Assembly: GCA_030704615.1 (NCBI GenBank)
Contig: CM060731.1
Coordinates: forward strand, 92,628,001 to 92,692,000
DNA: 64,000 nucleotides
Origin: Takakia lepidozioides
Lineage: Eukaryota > Plantae > Bryophyta
Direction of reading: 5' to 3'
Each line of letters opens with the position of its first letter. Position 1 is the first letter of the stretch. The notes beneath the pieces are model-generated. The model ran no database searches, was not told the origin of the DNA, and saw nothing but the letters and a program-made list of their open reading frames with translations. The position numbers and the translations under genes were made by a program. This document shows positions 10,885-24,060 of this stretch, one piece after another.

Positions 10885-13800
10885 TCCACAGCCCATGACA
10901 ATAGTAGATACTTCCTTGGTCTTGGTGTAGATGTACCCATGAACAACCTGGAAGGCAATTAATTCCTTCAACATGGTACCTGCCTCAGACCAGTACCTTG
11001 CAAAATGATGATTCTCAATGGGTCGATTGTTCGGAAGAACCTTAGTCCGAGTTGCCACTGGCAACCAAATGCGCATGATCTGGTAATAATGTGCCAAGAC
11101 TGTGGAGGACTAAATTCCTTCCAAGCCAAATCCATTACAATGGAAATTTGGTTGAAGGGCATAATCATAGCCCGATTGCACTCCAGTGCAGCAGGAGTCC
11201 TAGGTGGGTTAAAAGCAGCATCCCCCCAAACCTCAGACTGTGGCTTTGCCATGGTATTAACAGGGTCAGCCACCTACACAACCACCTGCTGTGGGGGCTG
11301 TGATATTGCCGATAGTCCCTCCTACTACCGGCAACTCCTGCACCTCTTGTGAAGAAGACTGAAAAATCAGAGTCCTGGCATGCAAATAAGTAGCCACCAG
11401 CTGCTCCTCAGGAACAAAGACTCTTTTGTCAATATTGGAACTCAGGTCATCCACTTGAGTCTGCAGCCCTTCCACATCATCCTGTAACTCCGTTATCCTA
11501 CTATAGACATTGTCTATAGTACTTGTGGCAATGTTCTGCACCTGCAATCTGAGATCATTCATCTCCCCCTGGGTGAGCTTTCTTGGTGTCTTCCCTTCCA
11601 CCGGCCCTTGTGTTAACCATACTTGCATAAGATGATTATCCACCAAGTCTTGTCTAGCACCCCTGAGAGCCTGCTCCTCCTTAAGTCTGTACATATCTAA
11701 TTGTTGCTGTAAAGCCTGCATGCGCTTTGCATGAGGTTCAACCAGGCCCGCATAAGCAGCAGCCAGATTATTGGCTTCCTTCCAAGCCTTGTTAGCCACA
11801 GGGAGTTCATTCTTGTGACCCGTGAGTGTTTGCTGCAACTTCAGGATGTACCTTTCCTTCTCAGCCTCAACCTGACTGTACTGTTGGAAAGTATCTCATT
11901 GCGACGGATAGTAAATTTCAAATCAGCAATGAGTTTCTCTTGCTCTACTGTCTCAGCCTCCACCATCATACATCTCTCTGCTTGTCTGTTAACTTCTAAT
12001 GCAGTTTGCTCCAGAGCAGTTGTTAGTGTGGCACATTGGATGGTCATTTTCTGATGAACTGCCTCCAACTCTGTATGTAGCACGTTCACTTCCTGCAACT
12101 TGCCCTCATGCTTCACCTGCAATTGGTATAGCTGTTGCTTATGTGTTTCATGCAACTTCTCCTGCTCCAGACCCGCTTCAATTAGATTCCCCTTTGCCAG
12201 CTGCAGGGCAGCCTTCGTGTCCTCCAATTCTTTCTGCAACTTGAGGTTGGCCTCCACATCCACCTTGTTTGTACACTCGGTGGCAATTCTAGCCTCAAAC
12301 TCCTGCTTGAGTTCCTCCCTCAAAGCTGCCAATTGGGTAGATGGAACATGGGATTTCACATAAGTGCCCAATAAATTGAGTGTCCTACTTATGGAACTCA
12401 TAAGCATGGCCTGCTGTGGGTCTTCATGGTGAACTTGCTGCTGTTCTCCCTGATCCTCCACAATTTGATGTTTCACGAACCAATCAGGCCATGATCCCAC
12501 AAGATCCTGCTCCTGAGCCACCTGATCCTCCACAGGTGCTACAGTGCTCTGACAGTCTACTCCTGGAACCTCCGTCACAGGTTCGGGTATCACATGCACA
12601 ACAGGGACTTGCTCGGACAAACTCTGCATCTTAGGTACCACTGGTTCTCTGACCAAGCTAGAGTTTTCATAGAGAAGGTCACCCTTCTCAATTTCTACCA
12701 CTACCTGCTCTGTAGTGGGAATGTCCAACCCTTCTCCTTCCACAACAATAGGCTCTGGTGTAACAGCATGGACTAAATGAGTGACCCCCGGAACAATTGA
12801 GTCAACTGGCTGTGGTGACTATGGTACTGAAGTGACTTCTTCCTCCCTCTCCAAAGGCCGTGCTTCCAGCAATAACAGCCCCCTGTACTGCTGCTCCTCA
12901 TCCTGCACAAGCACTATGGAAACATCATCTTGTGGTTTCCTTGAAGCTAGTGGATCTGCCACAGTCGTATCCCGCTTCTGCCTCTTGGAATGGTGCTGCC
13001 CCTCCAATCCACCTTCACCATGCGAAAAGCCCTGCTCCTCCATTGCAGTGGTTGCTGTCTCAAACACTCCTATCTCCTTACGTTCTCGCGCATCAAGTAT
13101 GCAAAAATCAAGGATAATTTGCGCAATTATTGGGCCAGACACTATGATCGGAGACTTAGCAATAGTGCCCTATAACCGCTTCATCTCTTCCACCAGACCA
13201 TTGTACATCAACTCTGCCCAAGCTACATCCTCTCTCCTCAAAGCTTTCAGTATCTCCTCCGTGAATGATCTGCTCAAGTACTGCTGGTTTTGTTTCATGG
13301 CAAACAGAACGTTCAGTATTTGGCCAACTTCTCTTAGTACTCGGCCTTGGTGCAGGTGTATCCTTGAGTCTTAAAGAAACTTCCTTCTTGGAACAAATTC
13401 CCTATCTGCAATCTTGCCCTGTGCTCATCCACATCCACATGACCCGATGGCAAATCGAACAATTGCTGCAAGTATTGGGGAGTAATTTCTATATCTACTC
13501 CCCTCACCTGGGTAACTCCTGTCCGAGACTCAATGAATAAATTGAATCATATACTTCCGATGATGTAAGGACCAGTCCTTGCGTAGCAGCCCTTCCAATC
13601 GCAATTCCTTCAGCAACTGCACTGCCTGTGGTGTAGCAATTGTTTGCTTCTGCAGAATAGTGGTGCTCTTCATCCTGATATCCTCCATTCCCCTAACTCT
13701 CTTCATCCCAGACAAACAAGAAGGCCTTGTTTGAAACAGCTGTAGGAAGCTTGCAGGGCATAGAGCATAAAGGTATGGTTGGCACAGAAAGGAACGGGTA

Positions 13801-14090
13801 AGTGCCTGTAAGCCTGTGGGGCTTGCAGATAGTGGGTGAGAGAGAATGTTCTTTCAATCCGTCCGTCCTTGTGCCACTGCGTGAGAAGTAAAGCTAATGT
13901 GTAGTCTATAATATCCGCCATAGCTGATTGCCCCTCCCGCCGAGATGCTAGTTATTCGGAGCCACCCGACTCTTCGTTTCTTGTTCTTGTTTCTTGGAGG
14001 GAACCACCTGCATGAAATTCTATCTCCTGATTGCCTGTTGTCTCCTTGGGGTAACTTCTTAATTTTACCCCCCTCAGTGGACATTCCCAC
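10870..14090 (-). pseudogene. LTR retrotransposon 3' accessory ORF, copy 2 (Transposase_32-like N-terminus, coiled coil, conserved C-terminal block), fragmented
   Basis: ORF pieces 13703-13921, 13530-13715, 12819-13142, 11841-12743, 11266-11838, 10968-11273 and 10741-11097. The N-terminal pieces are collinear with the paralog at 15000-16550; 11841-12743 is heptad-rich. Confidence 0.72.
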
Positions 14091-14099
14091 CTGAAATGT

Positions 14100-14990
14100 C
14101 CACTAGGACATCACATGTGGCAAAGGTCCCCCTTTTCTGTACATGTAAAGGGTTCCGTTACCTTTGCCCTGAATGCATTAATGGGCCCACAATTAGTTTT
14201 GGCTGATGTACCGGGTAGGTACTTTGACGGCCCAGTTTGTCCTCTTGCATGATGACACCCACTTTTGCAATATATGCACCGCAGTGTGCTTCGCCCTAGT
14301 GGCCACGTGTTCGATTTTAAACATGCTCCCGTCTTCCCCTGTCCGTGTGGCACATTCTCCGAGTTTGACTTCCAAACTGTCCTTTCACTTGCCGGCCACT
14401 TTTCTGACGTTAACCCGCGTCCACCTGTCACTGACCCTATGGACTGTGCAACCCGCGTAGGCTGTGTTGGGCTGTGACAGGCTGTGTGATGCTGTGATGG
14501 GCTGTGATAGGCTGTTTGATGCTGTGATGAGCTGTGATAGGCTGTGTGATGTTGTGATGGTCTGTGATGACTGTGTGAACACCTGTGTTCTACGCTCAGG
14601 CCATACACATTCAGCTTAACGACAAGTACTTCATGCTCCGTTGGTGTTACTGGTGTAGGCTGTGATGGCATCTGTGTTCCAAGATGCAAATCATGCTGCA
14701 ATGGTTTATCATGGATACCACTGTATCCCTTCAACTCATTCACTCTTCCAAGCATCTCTTTGTTAATGGTTTGTAACATGGCTGCGTTGTTATCATACAT
14801 CTTCTGTATGACATAAGGTCCTTTCCATGGTGACTTAAGCTTAGAAACTTTGATCTTTCCCTTCTTCTGCAACCACAGTACCAAATCGCCCGTCTTAAAA
14901 GTTTTCAATTTACCTTCATCAAATTGATCCTTCATCTTCATCTGAATTTTGGTCATGTTACCTGCTGCATCCGCACGTACTTCTTCCATA
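14100..14990 (-). mobile_element. Duplicated gypsy integrase C-terminus (GPY motif) and downstream spacer
   Basis: FKTGDLVLWLQKKGKIK.SKLKSPWKGPYVI is near-identical to the one in ORF 17232-17537. The spacer matches 16570-17200 and has a ~30-bp ctgtgatg-type tandem repeat at 14470-14580. Confidence 0.88.
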
Positions 14991-16550
14991 GGTGCTGCAG
15001 TACCCTTGCCCTTTACCCCTTTAATTTTTGTCACAGGTTTGGGCATAACCTGCACATCAGGGATTTTCTTGGGCAGACTCTGTATCTTTGGTACCATGGG
15101 GTCTCCGACCATACCAGAGTTTTCATAGAGAAGATCGCCCTTCTCAATTTCTGCCACTACCTGCTCTGTAGTGGGGATGTCCAATCCCTCTCTCTCCACA
15201 GTAAGAGGCTCCGGTGTAACAGCAAGTCCAGTCTGAGTTACCACTGGGGCAACTTGGTCAGCTTGCTGTGCTGGCCGTGGTACTGAAGTGACTTCTTCCT
15301 CCCTCTCTAATGGCCGTGCTTCCAGTAATAACAGCCCATTGTGCTGCTGCACCCCATCTTGTGCAGGAGCTATGGAAACATTATCGTGAGGGGTCCTTGT
15401 GGCAAGTAGAGCCGCCATTACGGTTTCATTCCTTTTCTGTCTCTTGGACTGGTGCTGCCTCTCTAATCCTTCTTCACCTTGTGAAGAGCCTTGCTCTTCA
15501 ACTGCAGTTGTGGCTGCCTCAAGCACCCTCATTACCTTGCATTCTTGCGCATCAAGCAAGCAAGAATCAAAGATAATCTGTGCAATAATTGGGCCAGACA
15601 CAATGATTGGGGACTTGGCAGCAGTAGTTTGCAATCGTTTCATCTCCTCCACCAGACCACTGTGCATCATCTCTGCCCAAGCTACATCCTCTCCCCTGAA
15701 GGCTTTCAAAACCTCTTCCGTAAAAGATCTGCTAAGATACTGTTGATTTTGTTTCATGGCAAACAAAATGTTTAGTATCTGGCCAATTTTCCTCAAACCT
15801 GGATACTCAGCTTTGGAGCAAGTGAATCCATGGTTCCTGAAAAAACTCGTTTCTTGGAAAAGATCCCCTACTTGCAATCTTGCCCTGTGCTCATCCACGC
15901 TCACATTACCAGATGGTAAATCAAAGTTGTTGCAAGTACTGCGGAGTAACTTGTATATCTATGCCCTTCATATGGGTAACTCCTGTCTTTGGCTCAAAGT
16001 TCTTGATGAACTGGATCATCAAATCCCGATGATGCAAAGACCACTCTTTGCGCAACAGTCCCTCCAACCGCAACTCCTTCAGCAGCTGCACTGCTTGTGG
16101 TGTGGCAATTGTTTGCCTCTGTAAGATCGTCGTGCTCTTCACTCGTAGATCCTCCATTTCTCTAATTTGCTTCATGCCGGACAAACAAGAAGGCCTTGTT
16201 TGGAATAACTGCAGTAAAGCTTGCAATGCGTATAGCATGAAAGTGTGATTAGCACAGAATGGAATAGGTAAGTGTGTGTAAGCTTGCGGGGCTTGCAAAT
16301 AGTGAGTGAGAGAGAAAGTGCTTTCGACCTGTTCTCCCTTGCGCCACTGCGTAAGAAGTAAAGCTAGTGTATAGTCCGTGATATCCGCCATAACTACAAA
16401 GCTATAGCTTTGATTGCCCCTCCTGTTGAGACACTGGTTATCCGGGATAACATCTATTCTTCCGCTCATAATCTTCTTAATTTCTTGTTCTTGTTTCTTG
16501 AATGGAGTCTCGTGCACAAAATTCACGTTGCTGATTGGCTGTTGCCTCAT
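14990..16550 (-). pseudogene. LTR retrotransposon 3' accessory ORF, copy 1 (truncated, fused in frame to the integrase tail)
   Basis: LEGLLRKEWSLHHRDLMIQFIKNF..GEDVAWAEMM..SGPIIAQI resembles the Transposase_32/Athila-type accessory domain; frameshift near 15920. Confidence 0.7.
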
Positions 16551-17149
16551 TAGGTAACTTTTTGTTCACATTCCATCTTAGAATGACCGCTAGGACTGCA
16601 TATGTGGCAAAGGTTCCCCTTTTCCGTACGCGTAAAGTGTTCTGTTACCTGTCCTTTGGATGCATTAATGGGCTCGTAATAAGTTTCGGCTGATGTACCG
16701 GGTAGGTACTTTGACGGCCCTGTTTGTCTTCTTGTGTGATGCGCTCGTTATCGTAGTACATGCATGCGAAGTGCTTCGCCCCTTAGGCCACGTGTTTGAA
16801 TTCAAATACTCTCCCGTCTCCTTCTGTCCGCGTGGCACATTCTCCGAGATTGACTCCCAAACTCTATTTTTACACTTTCCGGCCACTTTACTGACGTTAA
16901 CTTGTGTCCACCTGTCACTGCCCTTATGGACTGTGCAACCTGTGTAGGTTGTGTTGCCTGTGTTGGCTGTGACAAGCTGTGGTGGGATGTGATGACTGTG
17001 TGAACACCTGTGGTCTCTGCTATGCCCATACACATTCGGCGTTATGTCAAGGGCTTCATGCTCCACTGGTGCTACTGGTGGAGTCTGTGACTGCATCTGT
17101 GTTTCAAGATGCAAATCATGCTGCAATGGTCTATCATGGATACCACTGT

Positions 17150-18180
17150 ATCCCTTCAACTTGTTGGCATTGTCTCTACCAAGCATCTCTTTGTTAATGG
17201 TTTGTAACATAGCTGTGTTGTTATCATACTTCTATATGACATAAGGTCCTTTCCATGGTGATTTAAGCTTAGAAGCTTTAATCTTTCCCTTCTTCTGCAA
17301 CCACAATACCAAATCACCCGTCTTAAAAGTCTTCAGTTTGCCTTCATCAAACCGATCCTTCCTCTTCATCTGAATTCTGGCCATGTTATCTGATGCATCA
17401 GCACGTACTTCTTCCACATGATATAGTTCATGTTTTCTTACTTTAATTGAATCCTCCAATTGCATTCTCCTTCCCCATTCAGTTCTCATGGTAGACCTGT
17501 AATAAGAATTCCACTGGAAGTAAAGCTTCCATGCCATAAACTAATTGGAATGGTGTATACCTGGTGGTGACCTTGTATGAAGTCCTGTATGACCACAAAG
17601 CTGTCAACAACTTTGTATCCCAATCAGTCCTGTTAGCATTGACTATCTTAGCCAAGATAGTGCATAATATTTTGTTAGTGGCCTCTGTCTGCCCATTGCC
17701 TTGTGGGTAATAGGTTGTACTCTTCCTGTGCACAATCATGAACTCCTTAGTTCAATGGTCTCATTAATGAAATGACTTCCCTGGTCACTGATAAATTCCA
17801 AGAGACAGCCAAATCTTGTGATAATGTAGACTTAGTTGTGTTGTCCTTCAGAGCCTTAGCTTCCACCCATTTTGTGGTATAATCAGTGGCTGTGATTATA
17901 TACTTGTTCTGTGTATTCCTAACTGGTGGATTGATTGGCCAAAATCCAATCCTCATTTCTGGAATGGTTCAGTAGGCATTGTAGGATGCAAAGCCATCTT
18001 CCTAGATCTTTGCAAAGGTCCTAACCTCTGGCACTCATCACAGCTCTTGCAATACTTGTGTACATCTTTAAACAGAGTAGGCCACCAGTAACCTGCAAGT
18101 AATATTTTCCTACTGGTAGTCTCTTCTCCAAAATGGCCTCCAGCCACTCCTTTATGGATTTCTTCCAAAACTTTATTTAA
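17150..18180 (-). mobile_element. Ty3/gypsy (Athila/Tat-like) integrase, frameshifted
   Basis: HKGVAGGH..YWWPTLFKDV..CKSCDECQR (HHCC), [52 protein letters not shown]. Confidence 0.93.
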
Positions 18181-18834
18181 GATTTTAGTCAAAAGAACTG
18201 AGGCCTCTTGGTTCATACAAACAGAGGGTAGTCAAGACAAAACAAGAACTATTATGAGATGATACACATTCTCACCATCTCACGTTCTCTCATAATGCAC
18301 ATTCTCTCCATCTCACATTCACTCTACACAGAGATACTTCGAATAACATGGCTTTACTTCAGAGCTCGTCACATCATCATAGAAGTACACACTGATCCTT
18401 GATACTCATACTGCACACCCTCTAAGTTGCGTGCAGTCTTTTTATATTATGCTCGAAAGAGCCGTTACAGCCTGCGGTCGTTAATGACCGTTTGCCTAAC
18501 TGCCTACGCAACCTAAAAGGTTTGTTAAAAAATGGCTCGTTGCAGTGGTCGTGAGCCATAGTGATAAATGGTCCACTACTCCATCTATTGGTTAAAGCCG
18601 ATGCTAACGTGGCCGTGTGAAATCATGGTTCACGGCTTACGGGTACTACACTACCCACTACTGCTCTCGTGGTAATGTACCCTTGTCCCGCCATTGGCTA
18701 AGTACCGCGTACTTAGCCGTCTCTACCTGTGGCTCAGGTAGTGTACGTCCATCACTACCCGGTATGTCCCGTTGTGACCCTCGTTTTCTGTCCCTCGTAG
18801 CATAGCCGTTATCATTTATTCCACCCCCTCTTTT
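18180..18834 (-). mobile_element. 3' LTR with upstream polypurine tract
   Basis: Minus strand reads AAAAGAGGGGGTGGAATAAA (PPT, 18815-18834), then TGATAAC (LTR start 18814). TATA-like tataaaaag near 18440. Distal end approximate; it abuts the integrase. Confidence 0.7.
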
Positions 18835-18972
18835 GAAATTGTGTCCGCACAATTTCGTCAGTTATTGTGCTTGCTGTATCTCTTGGGGATGTAAGGTGGT
18901 GGCATGCCTGTCTGCAAGGTAGGAAGTGCGTCCCAGGATTGTCGTGGTGGCAGCTTCTTGTTCCTGTTATCG

Positions 18973-20715
18973 TCACTGTCTGGTTGCTCCTCCGGTTCGT
19001 GAGTAGGCCCAGCTTTCTTCGTCAGGGTGTTCTGCTATCCCGTCCCCACGTACCATATCGATTTTGTTGGTCAAGGTTTCTCGGTAGGTTTGCAGCTCCT
19101 CCTTGGTCCAAGGTATAATGTGTTTAGTCGCCCTGCTGCCCATTAACCAGTTAACAGCTTGGACCCCTGTTTCTCTGAAAGGGTGGTCTCTATCCAATAC
19201 CAATGGTGAAAAGTGGTCCTTCGCCTGGCACCATGCTTCAGCATACAGTGGCCTATTCATATATGCTGAAGTGCCTGTGACTCTTTCTGGTGGCTGGAAT
19301 TTGGGTAATTCCCAGTGAGTATCTTGTTCAATACTTTTATAGCGCTGCCAGCTTCCCCTCATTGTCACGAACATTCAGTACAAGTAACTGCGGCCAATAT
19401 AAAAACTTGGACATCCCATCACAATGGTTACTGCCGGAATAGGGTTGATCTTCAATTGTCCCACTGCCCACATGTAAGCTACCAGCTCCTTGTATTCCAG
19501 GGGAGCCTGGCGCCAGAATTCAACCAATTCTGCCCCTAACCATGTCTCCTCCTTAGCTAGTGGCCTCATCCTACATCTCGGAGGAATAAGAGTTTGATTG
19601 AGCAGATGCAATTGACCCAATGATCTGCAGGGGGTTAAGGTTTTGAAAACCTTCTCCAATATTTCTGGGATTTGGTGGGCTGGTACTACCATCATTTTAA
19701 GATATTCCTCTGAATACTTTAACCACTCCCTATCCGGCTTGCATGGCATGATTTGGAAATCATCCACTGCTACTGAAGTTGATGCTACCAGGACACTTGG
19801 TAGTGTTACAGGGTTTACCTCTTGAGTAGATGATCCTGTTGTGGCTTGTACTAGTGTCTGTTGACTTGGTGGTGGTTGTGTTGCTGGTGGTGTTTGTGTT
19901 GGTGTTGTTGTTGTTGATTGTATCGGTGTCTCTCGTTCGTGATCTTGCTCCTCTTGTTCTGGAATTGGTGGCAGGAACTCCTCATGAATGTCTGTCACCA
20001 ATTTGGCCAACTGACATTTCATCTGCCTCACCATTGCCTTGTTTAGTTTCTTCATCTCCAATTCACTCCCTTCATTCAACCAGGCTTTGGCTAAGGCTAC
20101 GTCTGCTGCCTCCAATGCTGCTTGCAGTGTCAGCTTCTCCAGCTGCTGCTTCCATTCTTGTTCATTGCCCATGGCAATGTCTCTTTCTGTGGTGGCGGTA
20201 AACAGCCTGCTCTCAGCATTCTCCCTTTCCTTCAGCAGTGCAGTGTTGCTGTTGAGCCACTTGGTTCCCTGATCTTTGGCAGTCCTCAGCTGCCCCTTGA
20301 GTGTCTCCACCTGCTGCTTTAACGTTTGCACCTGTCCTGTGAGTGTTTCCACCTCTGTCTCTGTTTTCCGAGATCTCTCTCGCTCTGCATCGAGGTCGGC
20401 TTGGACATGGCGTGTTTCGTCTCTGTGTCTTTCCCACTTCTGCTCCCATTCGTCTCTGCGTTGTGTCAAAGTGTTATATTGGCGAAGTAAGGTCGTCTTT
20501 TGATCTTCTAACGCTGCAATTGTAACCTCACGGTTACATACTGTTCTTGCAGTTGCCAATTCCCTTCGGTGCTTCTCTTTGATGTGGTCTAAGATCATGC
20601 TCATGTTTTCCGGGCTGATGTAATCCTTGGCCCTCTCCATACAAACTGTCAGTTGCCCCAATGCTTGTATTGCCTGCAGAATGACATTCTGTGGCGCTTC
20701 CTCCAGTTTACCATT
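18973..20715 (-). pseudogene. Accessory ORF of a second LTR retrotransposon (coiled coil + conserved C-terminal domain)
   Basis: ORF 19375-20778 has a long coiled coil and continues in frame past one TGA into 18973-19374. It sits just upstream of the PPT/LTR, and its C-terminal block aligns with 10870-11270. Confidence 0.7.
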
Positions 20716-22653
20716 TGCTGGTTGATGCTCTCCCACATGATTACAAGGGAAGCCGTGTCCTCCGATTTCATCTCGCAAATTACAATCATCATGAGCTTCT
20801 GGTAGTTGGGCTCATACACATGGCAGGCCATTGTACTCCATCCACTTATTCACTTCATGTGGTCAAACATAACCCAACTTCCCTCCAAGTTCCCGCCAGT
20901 ATTCATCCGCTCCACCAAATCCACTCCTGAAGCCACACCAACAATTGACATCTTGAACACAAAACACCGCTCGTCGTTGCTGCCTTGTAGTCATACCTAC
21001 ATCTCGATTTCATTTTCAGCAAGGAAGACATCTCCTCGCCACGTCCCATTTCGTTTTTAATTCTTGCACAGATTGTTTGGTGACCGAGCCACCAAATGCT
21101 TCCACAACGTCAAGAAGATCCTCAAACTCGGAGCTATCCAGCTCGCTCCGCTGTCCACCATCACGCGACATTATGCGGTCCATTACGATGGATTGAGCGG
21201 CGGACAACTCCACAACTTTTGGGCGTGCAGATGGGGACCTCCTCACCTCCTCTTCCAAAACCATTTTGGCTTTCGCCGCTGCCTCCCGTGACGCTCCTGT
21301 TGCGCTGCTGTGGTTATGATAGCCTACATGGACAGCGGCTCTTGTCATGCTTGCTGGGCCCATGATGTAGTACATTTTGGCGGGGCATGACTCGATACAG
21401 TGCGGGGGGGTGGTTGCATATCGCGCAAACAAAAGTTTTATCCGGCACATCGCAAACTTCCAACACAAGTCACATATCTGTCATTGGCACCCAATGTTGT
21501 GAGGACATGAAAATGACATGTCTGTGCCGACTTTGCCAGTGCCCCAAAAATTAATGTTCATTGCGGCAATGAACATGGGAAGTCGGCACAGACTTCCGAA
21601 GACCTCCAAAAATGCAATAAACATCAAGAAGGAAAACGGGAAGTCGGCACAGACTTCCCAAACGTGCAAAGCCTTAAAAAAATGAAATGCAGAAGGAGAC
21701 AACGGAGATCGGCACAAACTTCGGAAGTGGAGAAATATACTGAGTATTAACCGTCTACCTGCAGGCTGCTACAATGACGAGTGTGGAGGTAAATGGAATT
21801 GGACCCACCTTACAGCCGTGTCTTTCCTCTCGAGCAATGGCAAACTCACGTTGGTGGTCTTTGTGACGCACCACGGGTGTCCGTCGAACTTCCGGTCCAT
21901 TCCCTCCAATTGTCCGGCTGCACTTCCATTGACAGCAGGGGGCAGCTCGTACAGAATATCGTTGTCCACGCGACGGGGCAGACTGTTCACCTTCACCACT
22001 TGCATGCGAAGGAAGTCAATTTTGGAGAGTTCACTTCGTGCAGTCGTGCTGACCGAAAGGAGCTGAAGATTTTCCACTATGGACTTTGGATCCCTCTGTA
22101 CTGGTGCCTCAGAAGAGAAACGCCTGTTCTTAGGAGACGTGCTGTCACTTTTTGATTTCGCGCCAAGTGGCACAGGTAACCCTTTTGATCCAAGGATAAC
22201 ACACTTGTCTTCCTCACCACTTGAAATGTCTATACTTTCTGTCTTCACTTTACCTCTGGGGGCCACCCCGGACGCCCCCGTGTGTGGCGCCATTGGCGTC
22301 TGTACCATGGAAGCGGCTGGAGGTGCCGCTGGAATCCCAAAGACACGATACCCACATTCCCCGTCATAAGGAATGACCCAGGCATTTCCAACATCATCTC
22401 GCATTGGTTCCACAATACGCGTTTCAAGAATATTGCTCCCTTGCAGAACCTCCTCCACTTCGAAGACGACAGATGCCGGGAGTAAACCCCATCGAGACCT
22501 CAGCAGTTTGTCAGTAAATCGAACCTCTCCATCACTCGCATGTACCGACACCACGGTCTTGTCGGGTGGGCACGAGACTCTAACAAACTCGAACATCTTC
22601 AGCGGAACGCGAGGCGTGCGGAATGCTTCGCGTCCACAATGAATGTTTGTCAC
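20715..22653 (-). mobile_element. Mutator-like transposase with a GCM/WRKY-type Zn domain, truncated pseudogene
   Basis: MDRKFDGHPWCVTKTTN..R|YVTCVGSLRC..CAIC..HCIESCPAKMYY..GYHNH, then FVFKMS..SGVDLVERM..GSWVMFDHMK*ISGWSTMACHVY..CEMKSED; intron ~21479-21798. Confidence 0.7.
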
Positions 22654-24060
22654 TCCCCCTTACAAATGCATGGCACAACATGTGCCACGGTATTGCCACC
22701 TTCTCAAAAAATTCGCAGAAGTGGCATGATGTACGATGTTCAGGCATTGAAGTCGGCGCCGACTCCCGTACTTCTCGCATGCTCATTGCCATTCCCATGC
22801 CCATTACCATTTCCAGCATGAATGTGGAGGCATATTTCTCGGCCACGTGCTGGAAATTGTATGAGATTGTCCTGCAGAATGTTGCGTTTTGAGGGGAAGG
22901 ACGTGAAGTCGACGCCGACTTTGCATGTTTTCCGTAGGCAAGTGCTACACAATGTTAACATTTCAGGATGAAGATAGGGAAGTCTGTGCCCAGTTCACAC
23001 AAAATTTCGGTGGAAAGCGGCAGATACCGATGAAAGTCTGTGCCGACTACCCAAATTATTTGCAAGGATGTGGTGCAGAGTTAAGGTGATTTGGAGTGTG
23101 TAGTATATGTGTCAGGAAATCGGACACTTACTCTCAAATTTCTCTGGCAAGTTTTCGCCGAATTGGGAATCAACAGTCGGTCCCACACGACAGATGTTCG
23201 TTCAAGATTTGCCTATGTTATGGGAAGTCTGTGCCGACTTCCCCTACATGAAATAGAGAAGTGCTGCAGAACAGAGGACGTCTCCAGTGTCCACCATATG
23301 AGCCACGCAACGTTTGTCTACGGTGAAGGGGGTTGTGGTAAGTCTGTGCCGAATTGCGAAATAAACTGTGCGTGCATGTCATCGTGTATGGCGTGTGATT
23401 GCATCAAAAGTTGGAAGTCTGCGCCGACTTCCCAGTATTCCCTCATTGTAAAAGCCCCATCAGGCCTCCAGAATGCGCCGAATGTCCCCTTTTCAGTGAA
23501 AACTTGCCGGAATTCGCCTATCCGGCTCATGATTGCCTACATTTCCCGAAGTCGGCGCCGAATTCCCTTCAAAAAAGATCGGAACGCCCCGATTTCGATG
23601 CAAGTCGGTGCCGAATTGCAACACATTTTGATGTAACGCCCGCAAAACGATGGAAGTCGGTGCCGAATTACACCAAAGTCCACATGAAGTCCGCGAAGTG
23701 TGCGCGGACTTCCCCCATCAGCTTTGTTGATTAGGACAAGGAATAAATGGAAATTTGGAACTGAAGTATGCCCACATGGACGGAGGTGCGGAACAAGAGA
23801 GAATGTGAATTTGGTGAGGAATTTAAATTTGGATGAATTATTCAAAAACGGATGAACTTCTATGTGTGCATCAATCGCAGGATGTGTTGAAATTTGGATG
23901 AGGACGTTGCGGGGACTGCAGCCCGTTAAGGTAGTTCGGTGCAGGCGGCGGCGGCGTCTTGTCGGGACCCCACCTGTCCACCGGGCGGCCGTTAAGGTAT
24001 TGCCGGTACTGTGCGGCCATTTGGCGGCGGATAGTAAAGTATGCGCCGACTTCCCAACGG
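21520..24060. repeat. Dispersed palindromic repeats GGAAGTCGG(C/T)GCCGACTTCC, ~15-20 variants
   Basis: Examples near 21578, 21639, 22750, 22905, 23223, 23413, 23548, 23652 and 24037; located in the transposase intron and 5' region. Confidence 0.85.

Noticed and set aside
21520-24060. CRISPR array
   Set aside because: Spacing is irregular, repeats are degenerate, the context is a eukaryotic TE, and no cas genes are present.
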